64,000 bases of DNA from Eledone cirrhosa (taxonomy: Eukaryota). The stretch's first letter is position 1. The number at the start of each line of letters is the position of its first letter. The stretch lies in assembly GCA_964016885.1 (NCBI GenBank), contig OZ024755.1:33356001-33420000 (forward strand), given 5' to 3'. Below the pieces are notes generated by a model. That model did no database searches, was not told the DNA's origin, and saw only the letters and a list, made by a program, of their open reading frames with translations. Below are positions 1-12,379 of the stretch, piece after piece. A program made the translations under genes and the position numbers.

Positions 1-74
1 CGCATCCCCTGGTCCGGGAATCGAACTCACAACCTCACGATTGCGAATCCAATCCTCTAACCACTCAGCCACAC
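1..74 (-). mobile_element. tRNA-derived SINE head (family A), cut by the window edge
   Basis: Reverse complement reads GTGTGGCTGAGTGGTTAGAGGATTGGATTCGCAATCGTGAGGTTGTGAGTTCGATTCCCGGACC, with an A-box (TGGCTGAGTGG) and B-box (GTTCGATTC). Nearly the same head occurs at 25020. Confidence 0.8.
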
Positions 75-350
75 ACACACATGTATATATATATATACAT
101 AGACACACAGATATATATAGATATATCTACACCCACACACACATATATATATATATAGATGTATACACACACACACACACACATATATATAGATATATAT
201 ACACACACACATATATATAGATATATACACACACACACATATATATAGATATACACATACACACATATATAGATATATACACACATATATATATATATAT
301 ATACAAACATATACATACACATATATATATACACAAACACATATATATAT

Positions 351-391
<41 letters not shown>

Positions 392-469
392 TATATATAT
401 ATACACACATACATATATATACATACACATACATATATATATATACACATATATACACACACACACACA

Positions 470-503
<34 letters not shown>

Positions 504-612
504 CACACACATACATATATATATACACATACATATACACATACACATATATATACACATACACACACATATATATATATACACACACACACATATTTAT
601 ATATATATACAT
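70..612. repeat. Compound (TA)n/(CA)n microsatellite
   Basis: Read directly. The overlapping ORFs are Y/I/C/V/M low-complexity artefacts. Confidence 0.95.
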
Positions 613-806
613 AACAAAGGAATTGTGGTAAGGAACCAGATGGACCATAACGTACCAGAGTACTCAATACTTAGGGTAGTAGAGTGTGAAATAGGAAAAA
701 GTATGACCCCGACGGCAGAGCTCAAGCCATTTCGACGGCTATTTCAGTCCAGAAATAGCCGTCGAAACGGCATGAGCTCTGCCATCGGGGTTATACTTTT
801 TCCTAT
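613..806 (+). mobile_element. Unclassified ~190-bp interspersed element ending in a 116-bp fold-back hairpin (691-806)
   Basis: 55-bp arms with a 6-nt loop. A second copy lies at 17675-17869 and a hairpin-less copy at 18567-18666 (minus). All three sit in (TA)n. Confidence 0.8.
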
Positions 807-853
807 ATATCTATATATGTATATGTGTGTGTGCTTGTTATCCATCTATCTCC

Positions 854-916
<63 letters not shown>

Positions 917-2674
917 ATTTAGATAGTTTAACTAATGGGTAGATATATATATATATATATGTTTGATATCTATATTCTGATAATGTAAAGTTAGGTGTTT
1001 ATACACTATTTGCACCTGTAGAAATTTACTACAAAGTTAACGGTTCATTATGTGAGTCATCTACTCAGTTGATATCGAGTTGTTTTTCTGTTTTGTCTTG
1101 TTTATGTCAAAAATAAAAACCAGAGGTGTGATAATACATGAATGCTGAAAGCTATAGATCTTGGTGAGAAATTCTGTGCTATTAAACTTGATCAAAGGAA
1201 GTAATTATATAGCAGTTTCAAACATTAAGAGAAGATTGAGTGCTTTTGTCCTTTAGGGCCAGACAAAATGTGGGATTACATCTTTGTGAGGCTGGAAGTA
1301 AAAAATATAATATCATCCCCTACCAAATAAATAAATAAGAAATGAAAGGGAAAGAAAAATGAATAAAATTATAGTGTGTAAATGAAATGGGTTTGTTTTC
1401 TGTGGCCGAGTAAGTTTTCTGTTAAGAGCAAAGAGAAGATTACGATATAGGTTTACTTTATATACCTTGCTTGTGTATGTAAAGCATTCACTATATTGTT
1501 TCCTCTTAACTTGTTTTCCTAAAAGGAATTCAACAAAGCAAATATTGCTTGATAATTTTTGAATATATAAACATCAAAAAGATTTTATATCATGAAACAG
1601 GAAAATGGCCGAGTCAGAAAATATATCTTACTTTTGTATCTTACTTTCCTATTTCTACCTTAAATCAGAGAAAATATTTGTTCCTCGAGACCTAACATAG
1701 GAGTGAAAGAAGTTAGAGGCAGTTTTTATTCAGTTATCCAAGCACTTTAGAAACAAGAATAGATGAGGGGCTAAATGAAAATGTTACGACACAAAGCTGG
1801 AAATAAAGGTTAATATATTTCAAGGGGATAGAATTCAATAATTGATGCAAGAGAAAGGAATATGAGGGTGAATGCTAAAATGGGAAAGGGAGTACGGGGT
1901 TTATGCAGAGAGAAGTAAAGAAATATTGGATGACTGCATACAAAATGAAAGAAGCATTGGATACAAGCTTTTAGAGGAGAGGAATTGGGGCATATAAGCT
2001 TTCAGAAAACAGAAAATATGGAATTTTATTTGATTTTGATATCTCCAGAATCACGATTCGGTTTTCACTTTCTATATGTAACGTTTTTTTATATTCAACC
2101 ATTTCTGGTTATCTTCTCAGACACAACAAAACATTAAAATACATGGGTTTTATAATAAATAGAAAAGATTTCTGGTTTCATTTAAAGCTGTTTAGATTTT
2201 ACATTACCATTGAGAGTTTCTTACTTTCCCTCCAGTTAAGTCCTATTAGTTGATTGATTTCTTTCAAAGGTACAATCAGTTCCCTTTCTAACATCTCTTC
2301 ACAATCTATAAACTGGAACTGTATGTGACCAACCCTAAGACGGAACTTTCACAACAAAGATGTAAAGGGCACATTAAAGGGTGTTGATTAAAAGATAATA
2401 TTTTGTTAAGTTTGGATAATGTAAAATACCTGTAAATAGCTGTTGATAGCTGTATACAACTAGTTCCTACTGTATAGTATTAATCCCCATTGAAGTCAGT
2501 ATTAGTACAGTTAACTTGATCACTGTTTCATTGGCTTATAATTATATTTTGTTTATTGGACCAAAGATTACGTCTTTGTTCACTATAGTAAAGTATCATA
2601 GTCTTAAAATAGAGTTTATATTGTCATTGAGAGAGAGAGAGACAGAGAGAGAGAAAATTGATAGCAACACAGGA

Positions 2675-2790
2675 CTGCTATTTATTTATTGACCACGAAA
2701 GGATAAAATTGACACCAGCAGGACTTGAACTCAGAGTCCCATGAGCCTGAACAAATACAGAAACATGATCACCTCTGCCAATTCAACACC
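2675..2790 (-). mobile_element. Degenerate fragment of SINE family B
   Basis: tttattgaccacgaaaggat...gacttgaactcagag resembles the family B body seen at 6790-6870. Confidence 0.5.
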
Positions 2791-3489
2791 ATTACAGAGG
2801 ATTAGCTCTAGGTAAATACTTTATATTTGTAGGCTTCTATTGTGTGGCAACTTTGTTTTGATCTGTAGTTGCAGCTGTTTTATTTTGGTAGTAGGCTACT
2901 AAACACTAGTTCACACCTTGAAATGTTACTACAGTTAATATTTGGTGTCACTGAGCCATGGCACATAACTCTGATAGCTCCAGCTTACCTAATTCAACAT
3001 GGCATCTTGGCCAAATGTATTTTATTGTAATTTTAGATCAAGCCAACACTGATGTGTGAAATTGGATAGACAGAAACTGTGAGCAAGCCCATAAAATGAC
3101 CTGTTCTTATAATTCAAAGGGGTCAATTTTGTCACATACCATGCCATGTTGATTTTGCCTGACAATTATATTAACTCTTTTGATATCAACCTGTCCAAAA
3201 CCGCCTCTAGTTCCCTGGAACAAACCCATCAGTTTAAAAGATACCTATTTAGATTAAAATCTTCCAATATAAAACCTTTTTTGTTGTATCAAAAATAACA
3301 TCTTAAACTTAAATATTTTATTCACAGTTGTTTAATATAAATTATAACAATATAACACACCAAAATATACAACCAAAATGAGAGAAATAAAAATAAAAGG
3401 GGAAACAAAAACGTCCATTAATTCACTGCTATGTGTGACAATCAGCCTCACATCACAAGGATCAATGGCAATGTTTGAAGCAAGTCATT

Positions 3490-3690
3490 ACACTCACAGC
3501 ATTACCACAGGTTATGGCAAGGCTAAGACACTGAAACAATCAGGCACCCTCACGAGCATCATCTGACATTTCGGTAAGGCAAGCTGCCAGCAATGACAAG
3601 AACTTCGCTGACAGTGGCCCAGCTCCACAAAATGTCTCGAATGCGACAGGCTGGAAAAAAATAAGTGTTTGATAGAAATACACCCCCAAG
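3490..3690 (-). pseudogene. CRE-like non-LTR retrotransposon, C-terminal RLE-domain fragment
   Basis: Minus-strand translation FFQPVAFETFCGAGPLSAKFLSLLAACLTEMSDDAREGA*LFQCLSLAITCGNAVSV fits the F.P.A.ET.G..G...L.QRLS.A..RGNA terminus of CRE-type elements. Confidence 0.65.
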
Positions 3691-3785
3691 ATGGAACACA
3701 TGAACAAGATGTGGTTACATGGCCAGTCTAGCTTCAGAATGTGACGATCCATCTAACTAATTCAAGCTTGGATAATAGACATTAA

Positions 3786-4015
3786 CCCTTTAGCATTTTA
3801 ACTGGCCATATCTTGCCAGAATTCTTTCACTTCTTTCTGTTCAAACTGGCTGTAACTGTCTGCTCATACTTATGTTACGGGATTGTTCTCAAAATAAATA
3901 ATCTCAAAATCTCAATGAATTGATATTATGTGAGATAATTATGTAAAATAAAGTGTTTACCATGAGAGTACAATAGTATATATAGTATATATAGAGTAAA
4001 GTGAATGCTAAAGGG
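3786..4015. mobile_element. piggyBac-like MITE (family 1), complete
   Basis: TTAA (3782-3785) CCCTTTAGCATT ... AATGCTAAAGGG TTAA (4016-4019). At least seven copies in the window. Confidence 0.85.
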
Positions 4016-4118
4016 TTAATAATTGAAATGATTCTAGTAAATTCTTTATTGATTAATTCAAATACAATGTATTTTATAAGAAATATGGTAATGAAAGGGT
4101 TAAGGATACAAGTATGTT

Positions 4119-4432
4119 GAATACTCAGCTACCTACAATATAATACTATTATTAAGTAGTTTAGTTAATTAAACAGCTGGAATACTCAGCTACCTACAAT
4201 ATAATACTATTATTAAGTAGTTCAGTTAATTAAACAGCTGGAATACTCAGTTACCTATAATATAATACTATTATTAAGTAGTTCAGTTAATTAAACAACT
4301 GGAATACTCAGCTACCTACAATATAATACTATTATTAAGTAGTTCAGTTAATTAAACAACTGGAATACTCAGCTACCTACAATATAATACTATTATTAAG
4401 TAGTTCAGTTAATTAAACAACAGGAATACTCA
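4119..4432. repeat. 61-bp tandem repeat, about 5 copies
   Basis: Unit aatactcagctacctacaatataatactattattaagtagttcagttaattaaacaactgg. Confidence 0.95.
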
Positions 4433-4754
4433 TGATCAAGTGTCACAGACTTTATTTACTTTTATACAATGCTTACTAGAATATTCTCATGAATGTAGGA
4501 TCCTGTTTTTATAGACAGACTTATGCCAATAATAATAATAAACTAAACAATTAAATAGAACAGAATTGAATTTTTAAATTAACCCTTTCATTACCCTGTT
4601 TCTAATTAAATACTTTGTATTTTAATTAACTAATGAAGAATTTGGGAACAATTAACTAAAATTACTATTTAATTAAGATGGTTTTTGGAACATAACAAAA
4701 TCTTTTTATATAAAATTATGTTGGAATGTTTAAATTTAAGTAGGAATACTTTAA

Positions 4755-4845
4755 CCCTTTAGTATTTAAACTGGCTATATCCAGTTAGAATTCTCTCACA
4801 TCTTTCTGTTCAAACCAGCTATAACCGGCCACTCAAAACTAAGTC
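4755..4845. mobile_element. Partial piggyBac-like MITE (family 1), one end
   Basis: TTAA CCCTTTAGTATTTAAACTGGC... matches the copies at 3786 and 7833. Confidence 0.7.
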
Positions 4846-4960
4846 ATAATAGAAATAGTTGGAACCTCTTTGATCTTAAGCCTGCTAGAACTTCCTTGAT
4901 TATAGGTCTGCAGGAACAGTCCTGGGTTAACAGAAACATACCGATATTATCAGTAACACC

Positions 4961-5208
4961 GATGGATTGACAGTATTGGAAGAGTGTCAGACACCATGCT
5001 TTGCAGCATAGAGTTATCGCACTTTACCGCCGTTATCGCACTTTGCAGCATAAAGTTACGGCCCTTTATGATCTGAGTTCAAATCCCACCGGCGTTAACT
5101 TTGCCTTTCAATCTTACGGGGGGGGGGAGGGGTCGATAAAAATAAAGTACCAGTAATGCACTGGGATAATTGCTGGCCTTGTGCCAAAAGTAGAAACAAT
5201 TATTATTG
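4961..5208 (+). mobile_element. SINE family B copy
   Basis: GAGTTCAAATCCC B-box, body ctttgcctttcaatcttacgggg...tcgataaaaataaagtaccag, and an (ATT)n tail. Confidence 0.75.
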
Positions 5209-5966
5209 ATGTGGTGTCTTGTTGCTGGTGGTGGTGATGATGATGATGATGATCTGTTTGAAATGAAAGGAAAGTTAAAGTGTGATAATTCAAACTCCTA
5301 AAGAAAATATTTGATTAGTGAGAATTTTTTTCCTCTAAGCAGTTTTCATATTCATCTTAAAATAGATACAACTGCAAATATATTTCAATCTTCACTTCCA
5401 CCTCATATTATTTGAAAGCTGAAACATCAGTAAAGACTAAAGAACATTACACAGAATCTTGTTTTGAAGATGAATAGAACAATTCTATAATTTCCATCAA
5501 CATAAATGCATCCCTTTTAATGATTTAGTAATTAAATCAGCTTAAACAAACACTTTTCAATCGAATATAAAATATTAGTGTTTGTCATGGAGAACGAACT
5601 TCTTCCTAAAGACATTTCATATCCATCTTCTTTTGGAATTTCAGATTGTCTTTCCCAAACTTTCTTTCTGTTTTCACTTTATTCGCTATTACTTTTAGGC
5701 ATATCATTATATTCTTATTTTATTAAGTCAGCTATTTTCATTTTATTTTTCCTTTCAAATCAAATATTTTACAGCTATAATTTTTCTTTTAACTGACAAG
5801 CCTGTGTTTCTATCTGTTATTCCAAATTTTTGTTTCTTAAACAATTCTTTTTGTATTATTTAATTTGCCAGAAAAAAGAAATATTCCCACATTTATTTCT
5901 CCATTTTATACTCTTTTACAGGTTTCAGTCATTACACTGTTTCCATGCTAGGGGGCATCACTTTAA

Positions 5967-6456
5967 CCCTTTAGCATTTACACCATATCATCATCATCAT
6001 TTAACATCCATCTTCCACGCTAGCATGGGTGAGACAGTTTTCTTCCATTTGATGCAGGAATGGTCGGGAGACCATGTCTTGCTCACACGGAAGTATCTCT
6101 GGCAGGTTTTTTACAGCTGGATGCCCTTCCTAACACCAACCACATTTACAGTCTGGACTGGGAGCCTTTTTACCGTGTCTCCTACGCGACCACCTTACAG
6201 TGTGGACTGTTGTGCTATCGACACAGTGGATTGAACGGGTGTGGAGTGGGATGTACATTATATATACTATTATATTTACTATTATGTTTTCTCAGTAAAC
6301 ACTTTATCTCACATAATATCGAACTTATGAGATTTTTATATTATTTATTTTGAGAATAATACCTTAACATCAGTATGAGCAGCTGGTTACAGCCGGTTTG
6401 AACAGAAAGAGGTGAGAGAATTGTGGCCAGATATGGTTGGTTCAAATGCTAACAGG
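5967..6456. mobile_element. piggyBac-like MITE (family 1) interrupted by an RTE 3' fragment (about 5985-6250, minus)
   Basis: TTAA-CCCTTTAGCATTTA ... AATGCTAACAGG-TTAA. The insert begins (CAT)n-TTTAACATCCATCTTCCACGCTAGCATGGG, as at the 3' end of the 19.5-kb LINE. Confidence 0.75.
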
Positions 6457-6699
6457 TTAAAAGAATTTAGTTGATCATGAAAATCCCAGAACCTATATTT
6501 TCAAGCCTGGTGCTAATTTTATCAATCTCTATTCATTGAACTGCTAGGTTAAAGGACACAAACAAACACCACTGGTTGTTAAGCAATGTAAATATAAGCA
6601 GAGATATGGACACATACATACATATATACACACACACACACATACATGGTATGGTGGTATGGTCCCGTAACTCCTGATAGAGTCATAGAGGAGCTGTAT

Positions 6700-6940
6700 T
6701 GATTGACATACAGCATTTCTTAGGAATTTCAAGCCTGCTGGAGCCCATCCCTCTCTAGGTGAAAGAGATATAGAGGAAGAATCAACCCCAGTACTAGACT
6801 GGTACATTTTTTATTGACCTCGAAAGGATGAAAGGCAAAGTTGACCTCAGCGGGATTTGAACTCAGAGAGCAGAGAACTGGAATAAATACCATAAAGTAT
6901 TCTATCTAATGTTCTAACAACTCTGTCAATTCACTGCTTA
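6700..6940 (-). mobile_element. SINE related to family B
   Basis: ggatgaaaggcaaagttgacctcagcgggatttgaactcag core. A similar copy lies at 59620-59800. Confidence 0.7.
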
Positions 6941-6949
6941 CATACATAC

Positions 6950-7330
6950 AAGATGGCTGCAAACTCTGCTAAGAGTATTGCAATTGCTTGTCAGATTATA
7001 GAAAATGGTACACTTTTAGGCTATGGCCAGCCACATGAACCTGTAACAGATCCTGAACAAGCAATGCCTGTGCTTTGAAGGTTTTTAAAGTGGGGAAAGG
7101 CCTTGCACTCAACCAATCCCACTCTCTTAGCATGGAAAACACTACCTGAAAGGGAGAACTGGTCAACATCATCGGATGCTTCCAAAGTCACAGGTTTTTT
7201 TTTTCCAGAGTTTCCCTCTCCTAGAAAGGTGTTGTGACAACAACTGGGGGCCTTTCACTCCCAGGTGAAAGAAAAAATAAAAGTACTATTTCGATGGCTG
7301 TTGACTCTGCTGAGCTCCTCCGCCCTTTGA
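6950..7330 (-). mobile_element. Bipartite non-autonomous RTE-derived element (diverged relative of 54948-55542)
   Basis: Carries the RTE 5'-UTR-like motif CTAGGAGAGGGAAACTCTG. Shares aagagagtggga...acaggcattgctt with the 55-kb copy and ends gcagccat followed by (TATG)n. Confidence 0.55.
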
Positions 7331-7386
7331 GTATATACATAGATATATACATACATACATACATACATACATACATACATACATAC

Positions 7387-7624
7387 ATGGTGGCTGCCAA
7401 CTCGTTTTCGAGTATGGCCACTACTTTATATCCATGTAGGAGAACCCCTACCGATGCGCTGAACGAGTGTGACCTTTTAGTCCAGCCAGCGACTTGAAAA
7501 CTCTGGTACAAACACTACACTTGTGACAATTATTGACACATAGTGCTGGTACCATGTGACGACAAGTGCAGAGAGATCTCTAGATATAAAGCAATGCCTG
7601 TGCTGTGAAGCTTTTATAGTGAGC
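7387..7624 (-). mobile_element. 3' part of the RTE-derived element with a terminal C2H2 zinc finger
   Basis: Minus strand encodes HKCSVCTRVFKSLAGLKGHTRSAHR*. Near-identical to 54948-55195 and flanked by (ATAC)n on both sides. Confidence 0.75.
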
Positions 7625-7832
7625 ATACATACATACATACATACATACATACATACATACATACATACATACATACATACATACATACATACATACATAC
7701 ATACATACATACATACATACATACCCGATTGTTTCATTTTGTATGACAATAGTCATCTCAACATTACCTCAATCATTCCTGCAAATCTACACCCTCCTAT
7801 GTACATGGAGGTGAATTTTCAATCTACCTTAA

Positions 7833-8053
7833 CCCTTTAGCATTTAAACCTGCTATATCCGGCCAGAATTCCCTCACCTCTTTCTGTTCAAACTGGCTGT
7901 AACTGGCCACTCATATTGATGTTAAGGTATTGTTCTTAAAATAAATAACATCAAAATCTCGTAGATTCGATACCATGTGAGATAAGTATGTAAGATAAAG
8001 CTTTTACTACAAAAATACAATAGTATATATAGATTAATGTAGATGTCAAAGGG
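7833..8053. mobile_element. piggyBac-like MITE (family 1), complete
   Basis: TTAA-CCCTTTAGCATTTA ... TGTCAAAGGG-TTAA; interior homologous to 3786-4015. Confidence 0.85.
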
Positions 8054-8229
8054 TTAATAGTGACTCTCTGTTCTCTTTAATTGTGCGTATGGGAAAGACT
8101 CATTCTCTTTTATATACACATATTTACACCAGGTCCAAACACAAAAGGACCAAACTCCCACTTTCACTGCTTCCGTCTCTTCAACTCTCCCCATCTCTCA
8201 CTATTATAAGCAAATGGAGGCCCACGCAC

Positions 8230-8445
8230 TGGTTGCCCTGGCGTACAGAGTAGAGAAGGCGTTTCCCTGGAAGTTGTTGAGAGGGAAGCGCTGGAAGAGC
8301 CATTCCAGCTCATGAGGGTAACATCTGCGGGTAGCCAGCTCTGTGCCGATGGTGGTGAGCCTAGAGACAAGGACACCAGATGTCTCCACTGTCACAGACT
8401 CTGACAAAGCCAAAACAGGCACGGACAACACTCTAAAATAGGACA
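8230..8445 (-). pseudogene. Second CRE-like non-LTR retrotransposon RLE C-terminal fragment
   Basis: Translation VTVETSGVLVSRLTTIGTELATRRCYPHELEWLFQRFPLNNFQGNAFSTL has the same VET.G...WLFQR...GNA signature as 3490-3690. Confidence 0.6.
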
Positions 8446-8825
8446 CATCAACACAGGTGACAGGGGGACTGTGATTGCTCTCGCCTAGTCTACACCTCCC
8501 AAGGTGATGAAACTATGGAAATGGCAGTATTTCATTGGTGCAAATTCATGTGACATCCCAGGAGCTGCAAAAATAGGCCCAACATCTATATGGTGCCTAG
8601 AATTTAGAGCTCTGGCCTGTCTTTGCTGAAGAGAAGTGGTACAATCTGAAATAAAGAGCCTTGCTTGAGGACCCAATATGCCAGCTGGTCTGGGAATTGA
8701 ACTCTTGACCTTGACAATTATAAGTTCAATACCCTAACCACCCTACCCTAAGTCACATGACTTCACTTATAAAAGAATATATTTTGATCATAATTAAGAA
8801 ACCATGCAACATGGCCATAATTCTT

Positions 8826-9038
8826 ATGACGATGATGATGATGCTGATGGTTGAGGTGGGAGTGGTGGTGGTGGTGGTGGTGGTGGTGGTGAAGGTGGTG
8901 GCGGTGATGATCGTAACGATGATGATATCAATGATGATATTGATGGTTATATGGTGATGATGGTGGTGATGATATTGGTGATGATGATATTGATGATGAT
9001 GATGATGATAAAAACGATGATAATGATGATGATGATGA
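8826..9038. repeat. (GAT)n/(GGT)n trinucleotide tract
   Basis: Read directly. Confidence 0.9.
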
Positions 9039-9339
9039 AAATTTGGAAGATTTACAGTACTCAACTTATGTTTACTTATCCAGTCTACTATTAATATTAC
9101 GGCTGGACAGATTTAAATCTTTCTTTGAAATTTGAAGTATATTGTAATATCAAAGATCTGACTAAATCTTGATATAAGATCATCATCTCTGCTTTAATGT
9201 CTATTTGTAATAGCTAGCATGAGTTGGACAGGCCTGTAGTACCACAAATAGTAATTCCTTTCTGTGTCATAGAATCTGTGAGACCATACATACTGAGATC
9301 TGATCTCAACTTTTAGTCTCTTCCCTTCGTTCATTCCTA

Positions 9340-9480
9340 TACTCACTCTGCCTGTTGCAGACTGCACATCAACATGAGATAGTCTTCTCCACAAGGTTCA
9401 ATCACCAACAGCAGAGTTTAAAAAGCAAAGGTCAAGTCCAGTCTATAAGTTGACATTATCAAGCCAGTGTTCTGGCTATC
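9340..9480 (-). repeat. Unclassified interspersed repeat, paralog of 59830-60170
   Basis: Reverse complement aatgtcaac...actggacttgacctttgctttttaaactctgctgttggtgat...tgttgatgtgcagtctg matches both flanks of the MITE at 59887-60086. Confidence 0.7.
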
Positions 9481-10086
9481 AACCTTTACTTCTCTTACCG
9501 GCTAACTTTCCCTCTAGGCATAACTTACACCCCGAGTTGATCTTTCGATATGACAATACAGTTTAAGCCCCAAAATATATAGGAAATCAGAATAAAACTC
9601 AGTTTTTTTTTTAATCTTTTAAAACAAGGTATATAATTCTGAGGAAAATGGGAAAACTCAGCATATGGAAGCTGTTAGAACAGCGAAATACCATCGAAGT
9701 GGCGTTGGGTAAAATATTACGTCGAAGGACAGAGATCAGCAGCTCGATGTGAGTTGACTTGTGCTTTCTTTCCTTCTTTCTTTCTTTCTTTCTCTCTCTC
9801 TCACTGCTCCCTATCTTTCCCCCTCTCCCTCCCACTGTTACCTTCTCCCTCCCCCTCTCTCCCTTCTACAAGTAGAGCTCTACGGCTGCCAATATTCTTC
9901 CTTTCTCATGAAGACTTGGGGTCGATCAGACGCACTCCATCTTTCTCTCTAACTTGTCCCAACACAAACAAAATATGAACAAAGATATTTGTTTCTCCGT
10001 TACGAGTCTCAATTCCCCGCAGTTATCTCATTAATTCATCGAAACTGCAGCAGGTTGAGATCTGAAGATCATATTTTAATGTTTGT

Positions 10087-10277
10087 AGGCGGTGGATTGG
10101 CAGTATCGGTAGAGGGTCAGATGCCATACTTTGCAGCAAAGAGTTACGGCCCTTTATGGTCTGAGTTCAAATTCCGCTGAGGTTAACTTTACATTTCATC
10201 CTTACGGGTCGATTAAATAAAGTACCAGTAATACACTGGGATAATTGCTGGCCTTGAGCCAAAAGTAGAAACAATTA
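10087..10277 (+). mobile_element. SINE family B, full length with target-site duplication
   Basis: Head GGCGGTGGATTGGCAGTATCGGTAGAGGG and B-box GAGTTCAAATTCC. 12-bp TSD TTTAATGTTTGT at 10075-10086 and 10278-10289. Confidence 0.85.
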
Positions 10278-10347
10278 TTTAATGTTTGTCACCTGTTCTC
10301 ATTCATCCATTCTATTTCCCTCTTCCTATCTTCTCTTCTTTCCTTCG

Positions 10348-10928
10348 AGTCAACTCACACCAAGCTCCTGATATCTGTCCTTCCAGGTAATATTTTACCT
10401 GTTCCTTCCTTCCAGTCAACTCACATCCAGCCCCTGATCTCTGTCCTTCCAGGTAATATTTTACCTCTTCCTTCCTTCCAGTCAACTCACATCAAGCCCC
10501 TGATAACTGTCCTTCCAGGTAATATTTTACCTCTTCCTTCCTTCCAGTCATCTCACATCTAGCCCCTGATCTCTGTCCTCCCAGGTAATATTTTACCTGT
10601 TCCTTCCTTCCAGTCAACTCACATCTAGCCCCTGATCTCTGTCCTTCCAGGTAATATTTTACCTCTTCCTTCCTTCCAGTCAACTCACACCAAGCCCCTG
10701 ATCTCTGTCCTCCCAGGTAATATTTTACCTGTTCCTTCCTTCCAGTCAACTCACATCTAGCCCCTGATCTCTGACCTCACAGGTAATATTTTACCTCTTC
10801 CTTCCTTCCAGTCAACTCACATCTAGCCCCTGAACTCTGTCCTTCCAGGTAATATTTTACCTGTTCCTTCCTTCCAGTCAACTCACATCCAGCCCCTGAA
10901 CTCTGTCCTTCCAGGTAATATTTTACCC
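10348..10928. repeat. 66-bp minisatellite, about 9 copies
   Basis: Unit agtcaactcacatctagcccctgatctctgtccttccaggtaatattttacct(g/c)ttccttccttcc. The g/c variants largely alternate. Confidence 0.95.
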
Positions 10929-11340
10929 AACGCCACTTCCACAGTATTGCTGTCCTAACAGCTTCCATATGCCAAGTTTTCCAATATTCCTGAGAAGCCA
11001 TATATTTCTAATGTTTGAATTTTCATTTTTTTTTTTATTAGTTAATCAGAAGAAGGAGAGTGGTTTCTATGAATCCTCCCAGACTTTGAGGCTGATAACC
11101 ATCTGAAATGTCTACATGTGAATGTTAGTAGAAAAATTTGGTTAAGTTGAGAAACAAATACTTGCAAGAGTAAACTGTAAACACCTGTCATCCTTGCCCA
11201 TCGGATACAGCCATCTCTTCTGTCCATCAACACCCTTCTTTCCCGTTCCAGTTCCCTAACAAAACAGTTCTTACAGTCTGACTTCCTCACAACTACAGCA
11301 CTCTACATCCCCTCTCACCTATAAATTTCTCTGTAGATAC

Positions 11341-12196
11341 TGTCCTACTGAACATCAACTGGTGTCCTACTGATCATCAACTGGTGTCCAACTGATCATC
11401 AACTGATGTCTTACTGAACATCAACTGATGTCCTACTGAACATCAACTGGTGTCCTACTGAACATCAACTGGTGTCCTACTGAACATCAACTGGTGTCCT
11501 ACTGATCATCAACTGATGTCCAACTGATCATCAACTGATGTCTTACTGAACATCAACTGATGTCCTACTGAACATCAACTGGTGTCCTACTGATCATCAA
11601 CTGATGTCTTACTGAACATCAACTGATGTCCAACTGATCATCAACTGATGTCTTACTGAACATCAACTGATGTCCAACTGATCATCAACTGGTGTCCTAC
11701 TGAACATCAACTGATGTCCTATTAAACCTCAACTGATGTCCTACTGAACATCAACTAATGTCCTATTGAACATCAACTGATGTCCTACTGAACATCAACT
11801 GATGTCCTACTGAACATCAACTGATGTTCTACTGAACATCAACTGCTGTCCTACTGAACATCAACTGATGTCCTACTGAACATCAACTGGTGTCCTACTG
11901 AACATCAACTGGTGTCCTACTGAACATCAACTGATGTCCTACTGAACATCAGTTGATGTTCAACTGAACATCAACTGATGTCCAACTGAACATCAACTGG
12001 TGTCCTACTGAACATCAACTGGTGTCCTACTGAACATCAACTGGTGTCCTACTGAACATCAACTGGTGTCCTACTGAACATCAACTGGTGTCCTACTGAA
12101 CATCAACTGATGTCCTACTGAACATCAACTGATGTCCTACTGAACATCAACTGATGTCCGACTGAACATCAACTGATGTCCGACTGAACATCAACT
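11341..12196. repeat. 22-bp minisatellite, about 39 copies
   Basis: Unit tgtcctactgaacatcaactg(a/g), built from two related 11-mers. Confidence 0.95.
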
Positions 12197-12379
12197 TCAG
12201 GAATATTAGCAGTCAGGTAGGGTCTGTAGGGGAAAGGAAAATTGCTCAGCTTCTTTTCACTAACTGATAGAAAATAAGGGGTCAAATGTATGTATTTGGT
12301 TTGGGGGAAACAAAGGGTTAGAGAGATATATAAGGTTTAGATATTATTTGGTTTGGGGAAAATAAGGGGTTATATATAT

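Larger units (their letters stand above)
3174..4099. mobile_element. Older TTAA-flanked piggyBac-like non-autonomous element (family 2) carrying nested insertions
   Basis: TTAA-ctcttttgatatc ... ggtaatgaaaggg-TTAA with imperfect TIRs. The right end recurs inverted at 4579 (ttaaccctttcattacc). Confidence 0.5.
9636..11000. mobile_element. Old fold-back/TIR element or inverted repeat pair (arms about 9636-9760 and 10876-11000)
   Basis: gcatatggaagctgttagaacagc...gaagtggcgttgggtaaaatattac...gaaggacagagatcag...gatgtgagttgact is the reverse complement of 10876-11000. Confidence 0.65.

Noticed and set aside
1-74. tRNA gene (also at 12598, 25020, 47278, 58072)
   Set aside because: The tRNA-like heads run into SINE bodies, are mutually diverged and lack a clean acceptor stem.
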